Below are positions 26,819 through 36,973 of a stretch of DNA of 64,000 nucleotides, in pieces (position 1 is the first letter of the stretch; the number at the start of each line of letters is the position of its first letter). The DNA lies in the sequence record NC_031010.1. One strand, 5' to 3'. A model generated the notes under the pieces. It was not told where the DNA came from. It worked only from the letters and a program-made list of their open reading frames with translations, and made no database searches. A program made the translations under genes and the position numbers.

Positions 26819-29800
26819 TTAGTTCCAAACACCGAGGTCGGTGCTGACCCCTTCTTCTGTTCGCATGATACCCGTGACCCAGTCCCACATTGCGGTGGTC
26901 AGGTTAAACGGATGGTATTTGCACAGGAAGAGGGTTGGGGCAGTGTCTTCCATCACCACAACCGCAGCATCGTCATTAAAGTCGATGGTGCCCACAGTCT
27001 GTGCCCCGCTCTTAAAGATAAGTGTGGACTCTAAGAAGAACGGGCTGGCAATGGCCAGTGGGACAAACTCAATGTACAACAAATCACCGGCAAAGCCTGT
27101 GACCGTTGGCGTCAAACGACTGCTTGCCACGGCCCCGTTCTGCGGGCTGTTGTTGTGCACCGATTTCCCATTGACATAACTGCGGAAGTTGTAATTGGCG
27201 TTTACCGTCCAATCCAGCGCATCGAAGTCCGCGGGGGCTTCCACGACCAAGGCAAAGCGTCGGCTGTACGCAGCACCCCGATACGGGTTGGCTGTGCTTG
27301 ACCAGACTTTCGCCCGGGTAATCTCGGCACCCACACGTTGCTTCGACAGGATACGATCCGGATGTGCTACCAACGGACTGTACTTACTGCGGGACGGCAT
27401 AACCGCATTACCGGCAGTGGACAGTCCGATAAACTCCGTTGCCCCCGACAGCGCTGCCCAGTTTGCAGGTATCCCACCACTGAGTAACTTCTGAACCACT
27501 CCACGACCATTCCCCTGTACCGCGTAATCGTTGGCACGGGTGTAGGCTTCAAAGAGGCTACGGAAGTAACTGTAGTTGTGGTAATCGGCAGACGGGTAGA
27601 TACCGGCATGCAGGATATGTTGACTTGTGGAGGCCAGCTCCTTACGGTTAAAGCCCACAAAGCCATTCATGCAATCCCGAACATCAAACGGCAGTTCGTA
27701 CGTCACTTTGCGAATAATCGGTGTTGACCGGTTGTCCTCAAACCGCACCAGTTCCACACGCAAGGTGTTGGTCTTCGGTACGTAGCGGTAACGCACGATA
27801 TAACGCGACGCTCCTGTCTCCTTGACTTCCTCACCCCAAACACTCGGGTCAGTTGCCTCCACCAAACTCATGTCGTACGGGTGCACATCGAACGGCGTAA
27901 CCGCCGGTGCTGCACGGTTAGCACTGTTGGCAGCGTTTACGGGCAACTCCGGCATGTACCCGTATTCGGCCTCATTGGTGAACACGTTGATGTGGAAGAA
28001 TTTGTGCTGACCGTTACGCGCTTTCTGTGCAAAGGTCAACCACAAGTCCAACTGGGTGTTACCCAGCACACGACGAATCGGAATATACAGCGCCAGTGAG
28101 CCCTCGTACGTGAGCAGGTTGTTCTCATACGGGTTCGCCGGGGTCATCCACTGCTGCGGACCACTGTACCGGGTATCCATCCACATCGTCAGGGGGCCGG
28201 TACCGTCAACCGTCGGTTTGAGTGTGAGCACACTCGCTGCGAGGTTTGCTGTACCCGCCACACCCGCCACAATGTAGTCAGGTTTGTCGGAGGCAATGGG
28301 CAGACGTTTCATCCCCGGGTTATCCGAGAGATACCAGTCACTCGACTCAGGGACATGTGCCGGAATCAGATTCTGGTGCGTACCCATCTCTTGGAACTGA
28401 CCAAAGTCTGCCACCGTGTCAAACTCAACCGTTGTCGTGGTCATTCCTGCCGGACCACAATCCACATACCCGACGTAGGTCTGGGTAATGCTGATGTCGT
28501 TGGAGGCAATCGGTTCAGCACGACCAAACAGTGAATTGGTGCTCATGTTGAGATACACAAAGTGGCGATTGTTACGCGGGTTGATAAACTCGCTTAACTG
28601 GGCCAGCTTCGTATCAGGCGATGATGCCACGATAGGATAGTTGTTATCCCAAATCTCAAATGCCAATGCTGCCGGTTTGGTGCTGTCGTTGCAATCCGCC
28701 CGTAAGGCGACCGTGTGCACCGGGGATGCCGTATCCACATCAAATACCCCGTCAACCGTCGGCGCACCGGAAGTCACGAGGGTACCGTTGATGTAAACAC
28801 TGATGTTTCCCCCGGCCGAGGCGATCACCCTCAGACGGCCTGAGGAGCACGCTACGCGCTCTTTAGCCAGAACTGAGATAATGGACAGATCGCCCTGCTG
28901 CGCGGCAGTGAGGCCGATTGTGCGTGCGTATAAAGGAAGTGTGGTGACACTGGAGGTTAAGGCCAACTGCGTATTGTGCAGAACACCTTTTGCCCAGTTA
29001 CGCTCGATGACATTCGTCGGCTGGTACCAGTTGAACATCGGGGTGGTTTCCAAGTTCACCGACCCGGTTACCCGTCCTTCTTTTCGCCCACCGTTGGCCA
29101 TGTAGAAGTATTTCAAGTCCTGCACTGACAACGCCAGCTTGGAACTCGCTACCGACCATGTTGCCCCACCAATCACCGCATAGTCCGTCACGGCTTTGGG
29201 GTTGGCCCCTTTGAGGTTCTCTGCGACGGCTGCCAATTGCAGTTGCAGTTGATACAACACATTGGGTGCCACACCCCGACCGTCTGCCAACGAGGCTTCG
29301 GTTGGGGCAATACGAATCACCCCAAGGTCGGCTTCAGTAGCATTCGGGATATTGAGGGAGGCCCACGCATGTTTGTGGCCTTTGTCAGACTTGCCCGCGA
29401 GTGCGGTTTGCAAATCACCTGACAACGGTTTGTCCACATCCGCCGTGTTATCCGCATCCCCTAACCCGATGTCCGCTTTATTGAGGACACGGGCACCGTC
29501 GTCCATGGCCACCGAGTTCAGGCGGGTCGCTTTCGGGACGAACTGCCCAAGCGTCGTGTCGTACGCAGCCACCGCACCCGGTGTCACCGCTTGCCCAACA
29601 ACCACATCGCTCTTCGCCGTCACCAGCGTCACCGCGCCGTCGGTTGTGGTCGTTGCATCAGGCAGGGTGACATTCCATTTCACGGGGTCAGCTTTAGAGC
29701 CTTTACCCGTGGGAGTCAGGCCTTGCGTTTCAGACTGGACATACAGCTTGGAGTCGTCCGGGTCAGTCCCGCCCCCGTCATCCTCGGCTTGGTAGTCCAT

Positions 29801-30853
29801 CAGCGTAGTGGTGGTAAGTAACGTTACCCCGTTCACCGAGAGCTTATCCATGCCAAGTGCATTGCCTGAAGACTCGATACGCATGACGTTCGAACCCGCC
29901 ACCCATTCGAAATACGCCACATCACCTTTATAGCCTGCCCGCAGTGCAATCCCGCCCGACGTGGTCAGGTCAAAGCCGGTGTCCGTAAAGAGCACGCTGG
30001 ACGCCCCGTTCTTGGATTTAAAGAGTGGACGGTTGGCCTGTACCAACTGCACAAACGTGCCTTGGATATCTTTAAACGCCCACGTCTCGATATACTTGTC
30101 GATATCGGACTGCTGCAAACCCAGTGCCCGAATCTCTGCGGTTAAGGCCCGCAGGGTTTTTCCGTAGGCGAGGAAGGTATCCGCCGCTTTCAGGGAAATC
30201 GGGTGTGCGCCCATTTGGGTGACATTGGTTCCGTGGGGGTTTTTAGCATTGACGTGTGACGGGTAATCGAAGGCTTCAATCTCTGTGTGCAGACTTTCGA
30301 CGGTGACTTTCAGCTGGTCAAGTTTGGCTTTGATTTGATCGTTGGCCGAACCGGCATCGAGTTCCACGTCATGAATCGCAGACGCCACGTACTTCTTGTT
30401 CAGCAGGTCATGCCACGAGGTGGCTGCCGGCATCACGGGATACAAAGAAGGGCGGTTGTCCACATTCAGCCAGCGTGCACTGGTTGGGTTGTTCAAATAC
30501 TTCACTAACGTGTCGAAGGATTCCAACAGTCCGTCGTAAAATGTCCCGCCCAAGTGCTGACCGGTGAAAATCAGTGAGCCCTTGATGGCCGGGTTAATCA
30601 CGTTAACCCCGCAGAACACCGGACTGGCCACTGAGTCGTCCAGCTCTGTCAGCTGATAAGCCAACTCGTAATCGACGCCCTTAGTCAGAGGGTTAGAGGC
30701 AGTTGCCTGCCTCACGGAAAACCCAGACTGGAAGAACGGACGGTGCTGGAGTACCAGCACACGTTCCGAGGCGATGTCCGATTCGAGAATACGCTCCTCA
30801 GTAAACTGATTGGTCTTGGCGGTGCCTTTCCAATCGTAAGGAATCGCACTCAT
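26819..30853 (-). CDS. Long tail fibre protein (1344 aa)
   Basis: N-terminal PFF...GVDY, HVNAKNPHG, PDATTTTDGAVTL, KADIGLGDADNTADVDKPLS and PNATEADLGVI. Confidence 0.8.
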   Translation of the reverse strand: MSAIPYDWKGTAKTNQFTEERILESDIASERVLVLQHRPFFQSGFSVRQATASNPLTKGVDYELAYQLTELDDSVASPVFCGVNVINPAIKGSLIFTGQHLGGTFYDGLLESFDTLVKYLNNPTSARWLNVDNRPSLYPVMPAATSWHDLLNKKYVASAIHDVELDAGSANDQIKAKLDQLKVTVESLHTEIEAFDYPSHVNAKNPHGTNVTQMGAHPISLKAADTFLAYGKTLRALTAEIRALGLQQSDIDKYIETWAFKDIQGTFVQLVQANRPLFKSKNGASSVLFTDTGFDLTTSGGIALRAGYKGDVAYFEWVAGSNVMRIESSGNALGMDKLSVNGVTLLTTTTLMDYQAEDDGGGTDPDDSKLYVQSETQGLTPTGKGSKADPVKWNVTLPDATTTTDGAVTLVTAKSDVVVGQAVTPGAVAAYDTTLGQFVPKATRLNSVAMDDGARVLNKADIGLGDADNTADVDKPLSGDLQTALAGKSDKGHKHAWASLNIPNATEADLGVIRIAPTEASLADGRGVAPNVLYQLQLQLAAVAENLKGANPKAVTDYAVIGGATWSVASSKLALSVQDLKYFYMANGGRKEGRVTGSVNLETTPMFNWYQPTNVIERNWAKGVLHNTQLALTSSVTTLPLYARTIGLTAAQQGDLSIISVLAKERVACSSGRLRVIASAGGNISVYINGTLVTSGAPTVDGVFDVDTASPVHTVALRADCNDSTKPAALAFEIWDNNYPIVASSPDTKLAQLSEFINPRNNRHFVYLNMSTNSLFGRAEPIASNDISITQTYVGYVDCGPAGMTTTTVEFDTVADFGQFQEMGTHQNLIPAHVPESSDWYLSDNPGMKRLPIASDKPDYIVAGVAGTANLAASVLTLKPTVDGTGPLTMWMDTRYSGPQQWMTPANPYENNLLTYEGSLALYIPIRRVLGNTQLDLWLTFAQKARNGQHKFFHINVFTNEAEYGYMPELPVNAANSANRAAPAVTPFDVHPYDMSLVEATDPSVWGEEVKETGASRYIVRYRYVPKTNTLRVELVRFEDNRSTPIIRKVTYELPFDVRDCMNGFVGFNRKELASTSQHILHAGIYPSADYHNYSYFRSLFEAYTRANDYAVQGNGRGVVQKLLSGGIPANWAALSGATEFIGLSTAGNAVMPSRSKYSPLVAHPDRILSKQRVGAEITRAKVWSSTANPYRGAAYSRRFALVVEAPADFDALDWTVNANYNFRSYVNGKSVHNNSPQNGAVASSRLTPTVTGFAGDLLYIEFVPLAIASPFFLESTLIFKSGAQTVGTIDFNDDAAVVVMEDTAPTLFLCKYHPFNLTTAMWDWVTGIMRTEEGVSTDLGVWN

Positions 30854-30863
30854 TTAGTTCTCC

Positions 30864-33800
30864 TTAATCACGAAGCACCACGCCGGTGTATCGTTTATTC
30901 ACTTTGTCGGTGTAAAGGATGAGGTCAGCCGTGGAGATGAAGCGCGGAATGCCACTGTAGTGCTTATCGGTGTTTGCTTGCACAATCGCCGTACGCAGTT
31001 GGGTGTCAGTCATCGCCAGCATCTCGGTGGTCAGCACGCCTTCAATGTACCGTGCACGTTCCAGACCCGAGAAGTTTTCTACAAAAGAAACGAGGGTGTT
31101 GTAAACGTTGTTGTCCGACATTGCAGCCGGGGCGTCAACGCGACAACGGAACAGGCCACTAAAGCTCCCACCAACGCCGTAGTGACGTTTTAGGTTAACA
31201 TTGGTAGCTTCGGCTAAGGTAATGCCTGCGGCGCTGAGACGGCTGTTCAGGTCGATTGTCTGCGTACCCATGGTCAGGACGCCGGTGGCGAGGTTTAAGG
31301 TCACCACCACACTCGACGGTAACGACACCGTAAAGCGCAACGTCGCCGCATCCGCAAACACCGCGACCGAGGCAGCCAGACTGGCCCATGTGTTCGCATT
31401 GTTCACCGGATAGTCAGAGGCCCCAATGATAATCTGCTTGGGACTGCCGTAGTTAATGGCAAACCCTAAGTGACACAGATTACCGTTCACATCCGAGATG
31501 TAGTTCGAGCGACTCACCAACACCGAGAACCGGTTAAAGTTTCCGAGACTGTCGGTGTAGCCCAATCCCATGACCTCGAACAGGGTGTCATCGTTTCCGG
31601 TGACATCGGTTGGGATAAACGTGATGGCCATATCCTGCATCGCGTAGTACGGCGTAATACACTGCATGATAAGGTGGTCAGCAGCATTCACACCGCCTGC
31701 ACTGAACACCAGACCCTCGTAGGCGGCGTTTAACGCGCCCCAACGCACGTTCTCACGGCTACGCCATCCATTCACACCCCGAGCACGCCAGTCTGCGTCA
31801 CGACGCAGTGAGCCCTTCATTCCGCCTACCCACTCTTCACCTTTGTTGTTAAAGGTAAAGCCGAACTCTGCCTGTGTCATGGCCCGGTGACTGTGGTCGT
31901 TTTTCGACGCCGCATGTTCTACCAGTTCACGGAACTCACCCAACCGTGTTACATTACTGATGGTTGAATCCGACACACTGCTGTCGTCCGTGGTAAAGCT
32001 GCCAATTTCCGTCAGCGTTGCCGACTCAGGAAGCTTGGTCAAACTCACCCGGTACAGCCCGGCGTTGTTCACAACGTCCACGTACACAAAGAACGTTTTG
32101 TTGCTGGGTGAAGACGTCAGCTGAGTCAGGTTAAAACTCCCCAGTGGAACGTCATAACGCAAGCGCACGAAATAGGTGTTGGCTTTGATGCTCACCATCC
32201 AGCCCGAGGCGGTTAACGCATTCGGAATGGCGGTTGCACCCGGGGCACCGTAACGGATGATGTCAATCACGGCACCGGAGTCAACACTGCCTGCGGTGGT
32301 GGCCAGGGCGTCGGTACGACTCACTAACGGGGTCACGGCACCGGCATCGAGTGCCGCTGTGGCATCATCAATCAGCTTAGCGGTTTTCACCAACCCTTTG
32401 ACCTTGTCCGTACCCGCCACAATACCGAGCTGTGCCGGTGTGTGGGTATGGGTCGTGTCAGCGTACTTATCCAACTCCGTCTGCTGCGCGGTGGAGACCG
32501 GCAACAGTGTATCCGGGGTGTTGGACACGGCACTCAGGTTAAAGGTGAGCTTGTCGATGGTCACAGACGAGGAGAGCGCCATACCGTTGATATTGGCTTT
32601 GGCCAACAACAGCTTACCGGTGAACAGGGCATCGAGCTTACTGAGCAGTGCCGGGGTCGCCAGTAGGTCATCGCTGGTTCCAAAGTCCACGGTCAGTTTA
32701 CGCAAGGCCGAGGTATCCCGATTCACGTTGCTCGGTGCTTGCCACTGCACCTTAAACGGCACGGTTTGAATCCCGTTACCGTTAATGGTAAAGGTCGCGG
32801 TATTCTCGCCGTAGAACAGCCCATCCCCGCTGCCTGTGACGCCCGGCAGATACGGAATCACGGTGGTTGGGTCAAGCAGAGGCTTACCTTTCCACTGCAG
32901 CTTACGGCTGTCGCTGTACAGCACCAGTTCATTGGTACCCGCTTTCGCCGAGGCGTTCTGGGTGGTCACATGCCGTTGGAAGGTTTTTGACAGAAGACGA
33001 ATCATCTTGTCATCGACGGTCCCAATGGTTTCCACGCCGGCCGTTTCATTGGCGGCTGACGTTGATGTGATTTGACCCAAGCCCGGCTGCAGGGTGAATG
33101 CCCCCGGCACCGGGGTGTTATTCCCGATACGCTGAATGCGGTTGTTCAGATCCGTTGCTTTCGGTAACAGGTTATTGATGTACACGGCCAGTGCCGCTTG
33201 TGTGCGACCAAACGCCAAGGCCGAGTCAAAGGCAATGTCGTTTAACGGCAGTGCACCAATTGAACCCGGGGTATCCTCGTGCGGGTCGTTCGTGTCCCCC
33301 ACGTGGTCGTGTGCTGGCGCACCCCGGTACAGTTCGTTGACAATCTCGGCGTAGTCTTTCAGTAATGCTAAGACCGGCGCGTTGTCATCTGCGCTATACC
33401 CGTATCCCGGGAAGTCATTAAACGAGAACGTGTCATTAACGCCGACATCGAACTGCAAACGCATGTCGGTTGTGCGGTCGCTGAGCTTCGTGCGAACATT
33501 AAACAGTGTCCATTCTGCAGAAACCGACGCCGGCGGGTTTTGAATATCCACCGTGTAGTTAAGGACGGTTTGTCCTTCCTGCGTCACAACCACCGACACC
33601 GTGTCGTGCGTCTTGCTGTTAATGACCGTAACCGTAAAGGGCTTATTAAAGATGGCCAAGCCTTTTCCGGCGGCAGCGATAGGGTAATAGGCGTACGTGT
33701 TGTCACCAGCGTAGAGTGCCAGCTTCAAATCACCGTCCATGTACCGCAGATGCAGTCCCGCAAAACCCCCACCCCAATAGTTTCGCAAATACATCGCAAA

Positions 33801-34526
33801 AATAGGTGGCGTTACTTGGCTATACAACGACTTCAGATTGAAATTGACAATCAGTCGGTAGTCACCCATCCCGTTTGAATTATACCCAGTAATGGTATAA
33901 AACGGCCCGGTGGGTTTCTTCTTAACCAAATAACTGAGGTCGTTCTGGTAAACCACTTCGCCACGACTGAAAAAACCTTCGTGGTTGGTTGTGGGTACAG
34001 ACGAGGTGGTGTAGGGGTCAGGCAGGGCGGGCTTTTCGGCAATCTTCTTACCGATGGCCGCGATAGCCTGCATCAGTTCTAACTCACCTTGCCAGTTGGC
34101 TTTGTCGAATTGGATATCGACCGGTGGGAAATAGACTTCCCCAATCACTTCTTCCCACTGACAGTTAACCGGGTACTTGTCGGCGTTTGCCTGACGTTCC
34201 GCTGCGATTTGTGCTGGGGTGGCGATGCCACTACCGACGGCATGGTAGTCCACGGCAAAGTTATTGACGTAATCTTCGTTGGTTATCCAGATGCTGGCAT
34301 GGATGTTTCTGCCGGTACGTTGGATGCCGGTCATGAAGCGATGCCCAAACACGTAGTCACGACCGAATTTCAGTGTTTTACCGTTAGAGGTAACCACGAC
34401 AGAGCCGGTGTAAAAAGGGGCGTTTGCAGGAATGAGCACTCGGTACTTCGAACCGATAGGCGTTACCGCCTCTTGGGGAATGAGATTCCCGCTTTCTTTC
34501 TGATGTGGGTCAAAGACGACTGCCAT
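30864..34526 (-). CDS. Long tail fibre protein (1220 aa)
   Basis: N-terminal APFY...GRDY, HVGDTNDPH, DSALAFG, SNTPDTLLPVS and THTHT..GTDKVKGLV. Confidence 0.8.
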   Translation of the reverse strand: MAVVFDPHQKESGNLIPQEAVTPIGSKYRVLIPANAPFYTGSVVVTSNGKTLKFGRDYVFGHRFMTGIQRTGRNIHASIWITNEDYVNNFAVDYHAVGSGIATPAQIAAERQANADKYPVNCQWEEVIGEVYFPPVDIQFDKANWQGELELMQAIAAIGKKIAEKPALPDPYTTSSVPTTNHEGFFSRGEVVYQNDLSYLVKKKPTGPFYTITGYNSNGMGDYRLIVNFNLKSLYSQVTPPIFAMYLRNYWGGGFAGLHLRYMDGDLKLALYAGDNTYAYYPIAAAGKGLAIFNKPFTVTVINSKTHDTVSVVVTQEGQTVLNYTVDIQNPPASVSAEWTLFNVRTKLSDRTTDMRLQFDVGVNDTFSFNDFPGYGYSADDNAPVLALLKDYAEIVNELYRGAPAHDHVGDTNDPHEDTPGSIGALPLNDIAFDSALAFGRTQAALAVYINNLLPKATDLNNRIQRIGNNTPVPGAFTLQPGLGQITSTSAANETAGVETIGTVDDKMIRLLSKTFQRHVTTQNASAKAGTNELVLYSDSRKLQWKGKPLLDPTTVIPYLPGVTGSGDGLFYGENTATFTINGNGIQTVPFKVQWQAPSNVNRDTSALRKLTVDFGTSDDLLATPALLSKLDALFTGKLLLAKANINGMALSSSVTIDKLTFNLSAVSNTPDTLLPVSTAQQTELDKYADTTHTHTPAQLGIVAGTDKVKGLVKTAKLIDDATAALDAGAVTPLVSRTDALATTAGSVDSGAVIDIIRYGAPGATAIPNALTASGWMVSIKANTYFVRLRYDVPLGSFNLTQLTSSPSNKTFFVYVDVVNNAGLYRVSLTKLPESATLTEIGSFTTDDSSVSDSTISNVTRLGEFRELVEHAASKNDHSHRAMTQAEFGFTFNNKGEEWVGGMKGSLRRDADWRARGVNGWRSRENVRWGALNAAYEGLVFSAGGVNAADHLIMQCITPYYAMQDMAITFIPTDVTGNDDTLFEVMGLGYTDSLGNFNRFSVLVSRSNYISDVNGNLCHLGFAINYGSPKQIIIGASDYPVNNANTWASLAASVAVFADAATLRFTVSLPSSVVVTLNLATGVLTMGTQTIDLNSRLSAAGITLAEATNVNLKRHYGVGGSFSGLFRCRVDAPAAMSDNNVYNTLVSFVENFSGLERARYIEGVLTTEMLAMTDTQLRTAIVQANTDKHYSGIPRFISTADLILYTDKVNKRYTGVVLRD

Positions 34527-34545
34527 TATACACTCCTCTTATCAC

Positions 34546-34573
34546 AAGGTCGTCGAGTTCATACTATGACCTT
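34546..34573. promoter_or_regulatory. Back-to-back divergent late promoter candidates inside an inverted repeat
   Basis: TTCATACTATGAC gives TATGAA (-) and TATGAC (+); the flanks are AAGGTC/GACCTT. Confidence 0.5.
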
Positions 34574-34594
34574 TACCCTTAGAGGAATTCGCCT

Positions 34595-35851
34595 GTGGCC
34601 GCTGTATATCAAGTGCAGGCTGACCGTGCGTACGGCTTTAATCGTTCTACCCGCAGATGGGAAGCCGTCGACGTTTCACGCCCGCTCAATCAACTGGTGA
34701 GCGACTACCAAACCTTCGAAGTGGGTCTGGAGTCATTAGATCGCCAATACACGTTCTTCAGTCAGTACCATCTGGCTGCATTACAAAACCGAACTGACAC
34801 CCTGCAAGACTGGTTGAACGAACAAGCCGGTGTTGCCATCCCGACGTTGAAAGAGGGCTACCCGGTTCTCGAGTATAACTTCGCGCATTACCAATCCTTG
34901 TTCTGTGACTTCCAGCCACAACCGCACCTGTGTCCACCGGGCTATCACTTCACGCAGGACTTTGCGTTAGAAGATGCCACCGACGTGGTGTTGGAGTTGC
35001 CGGACAAATACAAAGACCAGTATCGTCACAACGTGCTGTTTAATGTGGCGGGACAATGGGTCTCGCACCAGAACGACAGTGTGGGGGTAAGACTCAACGG
35101 AGCCGGACGGATTGTGCAGAAATGCCACGAACCGGGCATGGGCTGTTTGGTATTAAACGATGTGGGGGAGTTGCGTACCTATCCACTGAGTGGCTTAACG
35201 GTCACGCGATTGGATGAGACCCGCGACTTCTACAGTCGACTGATGGTGTCGCTGCCAGAAGACCTGACGGGGAAAACGGTGGCGTACGTTATCGGGGGGA
35301 TTTTGCATTGGCTGCCTGCGTCCATGTACTTCAGCCAAAAGGCGGTGATGTTATCACTCTCGAACCTGAGCGTGTTAAAGCTGATACATGAAACCCGGGA
35401 GTATTACCACTGGGATGATATCGGTGTGGATGACTTGTCGGTGCCGAGCTCGACCTACCGCATCCTGAACTCCTCAACCCTGCAGGCGTTACTCAAACAC
35501 GAGTCCTCCTTTATGGTGGTGATTGACACCCCGTATCTGGAGATTGATGAAGTGGCCCTTAACTTGGCCAGTTCTTACGGCCGGTTCCATTTACGTGACC
35601 CGAATGACATTGACAGTAAACTTCCGCTGGGAATGATTGTCAACGATTTCGGTAAGTGCGTCAATTACTGGCCAACGTGGGAAGAGGGGGAGTGGACTTT
35701 CCACACCCAAGAGCTTGACCGTCCGAATCTGGTGGCGACCCATGCCCGTTGGAAGCAGCAGTCTGTGGTGAACGATGCCCAGCCGATTGCAACTGACCGT
35801 GCGTGGCGAGACACCCAAGTCTGGATGCGTCGACTCAAGGCACGCAAATAA
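34595..35851 (+). CDS. Probable virion structural protein
   Basis: A 418-aa ORF with a GTG start and SD AGAGGA, divergent from the fibre operon behind a TATG motif. The function is inferred from context only. Confidence 0.5.
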   Translation: MAAVYQVQADRAYGFNRSTRRWEAVDVSRPLNQLVSDYQTFEVGLESLDRQYTFFSQYHLAALQNRTDTLQDWLNEQAGVAIPTLKEGYPVLEYNFAHYQSLFCDFQPQPHLCPPGYHFTQDFALEDATDVVLELPDKYKDQYRHNVLFNVAGQWVSHQNDSVGVRLNGAGRIVQKCHEPGMGCLVLNDVGELRTYPLSGLTVTRLDETRDFYSRLMVSLPEDLTGKTVAYVIGGILHWLPASMYFSQKAVMLSLSNLSVLKLIHETREYYHWDDIGVDDLSVPSSTYRILNSSTLQALLKHESSFMVVIDTPYLEIDEVALNLASSYGRFHLRDPNDIDSKLPLGMIVNDFGKCVNYWPTWEEGEWTFHTQELDRPNLVATHARWKQQSVVNDAQPIATDRAWRDTQVWMRRLKARK

Positions 35852-35885
35852 AAGAAAAAGCGCTCCACCCCTCGGAGGGTGGAGC
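35849..35885. terminator. Terminator-like hairpin
   Basis: GCTCCACCC/GGGTGGAGC with an A-tract on the left, giving a U-tract on the minus strand. Confidence 0.65.
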
Positions 35886-36008
35886 TGTCCAATGGACAAA
35901 GTCGATACTCGTAACTGAACGCGTGTTATAGGGGGTAGGTCTAATTGGCGTCATCCAATGCAACTCATATCCCCACATAAAGACTCAAGTGTACGTAATT
36001 TTTGAGAC

Positions 36009-36052
36009 AAACAAAAGAAGGGTACCCCACTCCCGAAGGAGTGGGGACCTTT
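36009..36052 (-). terminator. Intrinsic terminator
   Basis: CCCCACTCC-CGAA-GGAGTGGGG (UUCG loop on the minus strand) with a T-tract. Confidence 0.85.
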
Positions 36053-36055
36053 TAC

Positions 36056-36616
36056 TTATTTGGTATCTTGCTCTGAATCCAGTGTAGTCTCTGGGGCTGC
36101 ACCGGTATTCTGCTGTGGAGCAGTACCTTTTTCAACGTCGGCATCCTGCGCAGCCGGATCAGGCTCTACAGCATGATGCTCGGTTTTCCCCGCAGTTGGA
36201 TCGGCACCCGTTGACGCTTGGTTAGCACGAGCGATGTCAGACTTGGCATTTGGGTCAATGTTGTCATTGCCCGGGAACACGGTCTGCGCGGTGTCACGTT
36301 CAACTAACGCTTCGCCACGGTTAACGTTTTCCATGCCCGCCACTTCTTCGCGTCGTAACGCGATAGCTGCGGCTGCGTCTTCCTTTGTCGCGTGTTCGTA
36401 CTTTTTGGCACGGTCACGACGATACAGGATGGCTTCGCCAGCGATACGGTCTTTGCCGGTGTAACCGACAATTGCGTACGCCTCAGCGCCGTTGTCTTCT
36501 GCCTGTTTCGCAAGCAGGTTCTCAACGCCGTCTGGGCTATCCGCTGCAGCCTGAACACGGTGGTACTCTTTCCACTCGTCCAGTTTAACGTCATCAGGTG
36601 ATTTGAATACTTCCAT
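36056..36616 (-). CDS. DUF1471-like N-terminal domain plus acidic disordered tail
   Basis: VQAAADSPDGVENLLAKQAEDNGAEAYAIVGYTGKDRIAGEAILYR aligns by eye with the neighbouring DUF1471 protein. Confidence 0.5.
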   Translation of the reverse strand: MEVFKSPDDVKLDEWKEYHRVQAAADSPDGVENLLAKQAEDNGAEAYAIVGYTGKDRIAGEAILYRRDRAKKYEHATKEDAAAAIALRREEVAGMENVNRGEALVERDTAQTVFPGNDNIDPNAKSDIARANQASTGADPTAGKTEHHAVEPDPAAQDADVEKGTAPQQNTGAAPETTLDSEQDTK

Positions 36617-36680
36617 TTCGTCCTCCAGAACGTTTAGTTGAAAAACAACTTTCCCCGCCCAAAACGAGCGGGGTTAAGTT

Positions 36681-36902
36681 TTACTCAGATACAGCGTCTG
36701 AGTGTTTGTAGATGATGGCAGAACCGTGCTGCTTGTTGTTGCCGCCAGCAGAGATGACTTTGAAAGCGTCAGCACCTTTTTCTTCGGCCTTGCGAGACAG
36801 GGCTTCAGTAACTTCATCCAGCGTGCTTAAGCCAGAAACAGACACGTGGCCGATTTCTTCGTATTCTGCTGGAATGGTCTCAGATGATTGAAACTCTTTC
36901 AT
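36681..36902 (-). CDS. DUF1471 (BhsA/YdgH/McbA family) protein without signal peptide
   Basis: IGHVSVSGLSTLDEVTEALSRKAEEKGADAFKVISAGGNNKQHGSAIIYK; start ATG 36902 with SD GGAG. Confidence 0.85.
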   Translation of the reverse strand: MKEFQSSETIPAEYEEIGHVSVSGLSTLDEVTEALSRKAEEKGADAFKVISAGGNNKQHGSAIIYKHSDAVSE

Positions 36903-36973
36903 TTTACTCTCCATTATTGGTTGAGCTACAGTGGGTAGCTAACATATCCTACATACAAATGCTCAGACCCTGT

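Noticed and set aside
21943-34700. Many 60-220 aa ORFs within or opposite the fibre genes
   Set aside because: They lack SD sites and motifs and are explained as shadows of long coding regions.
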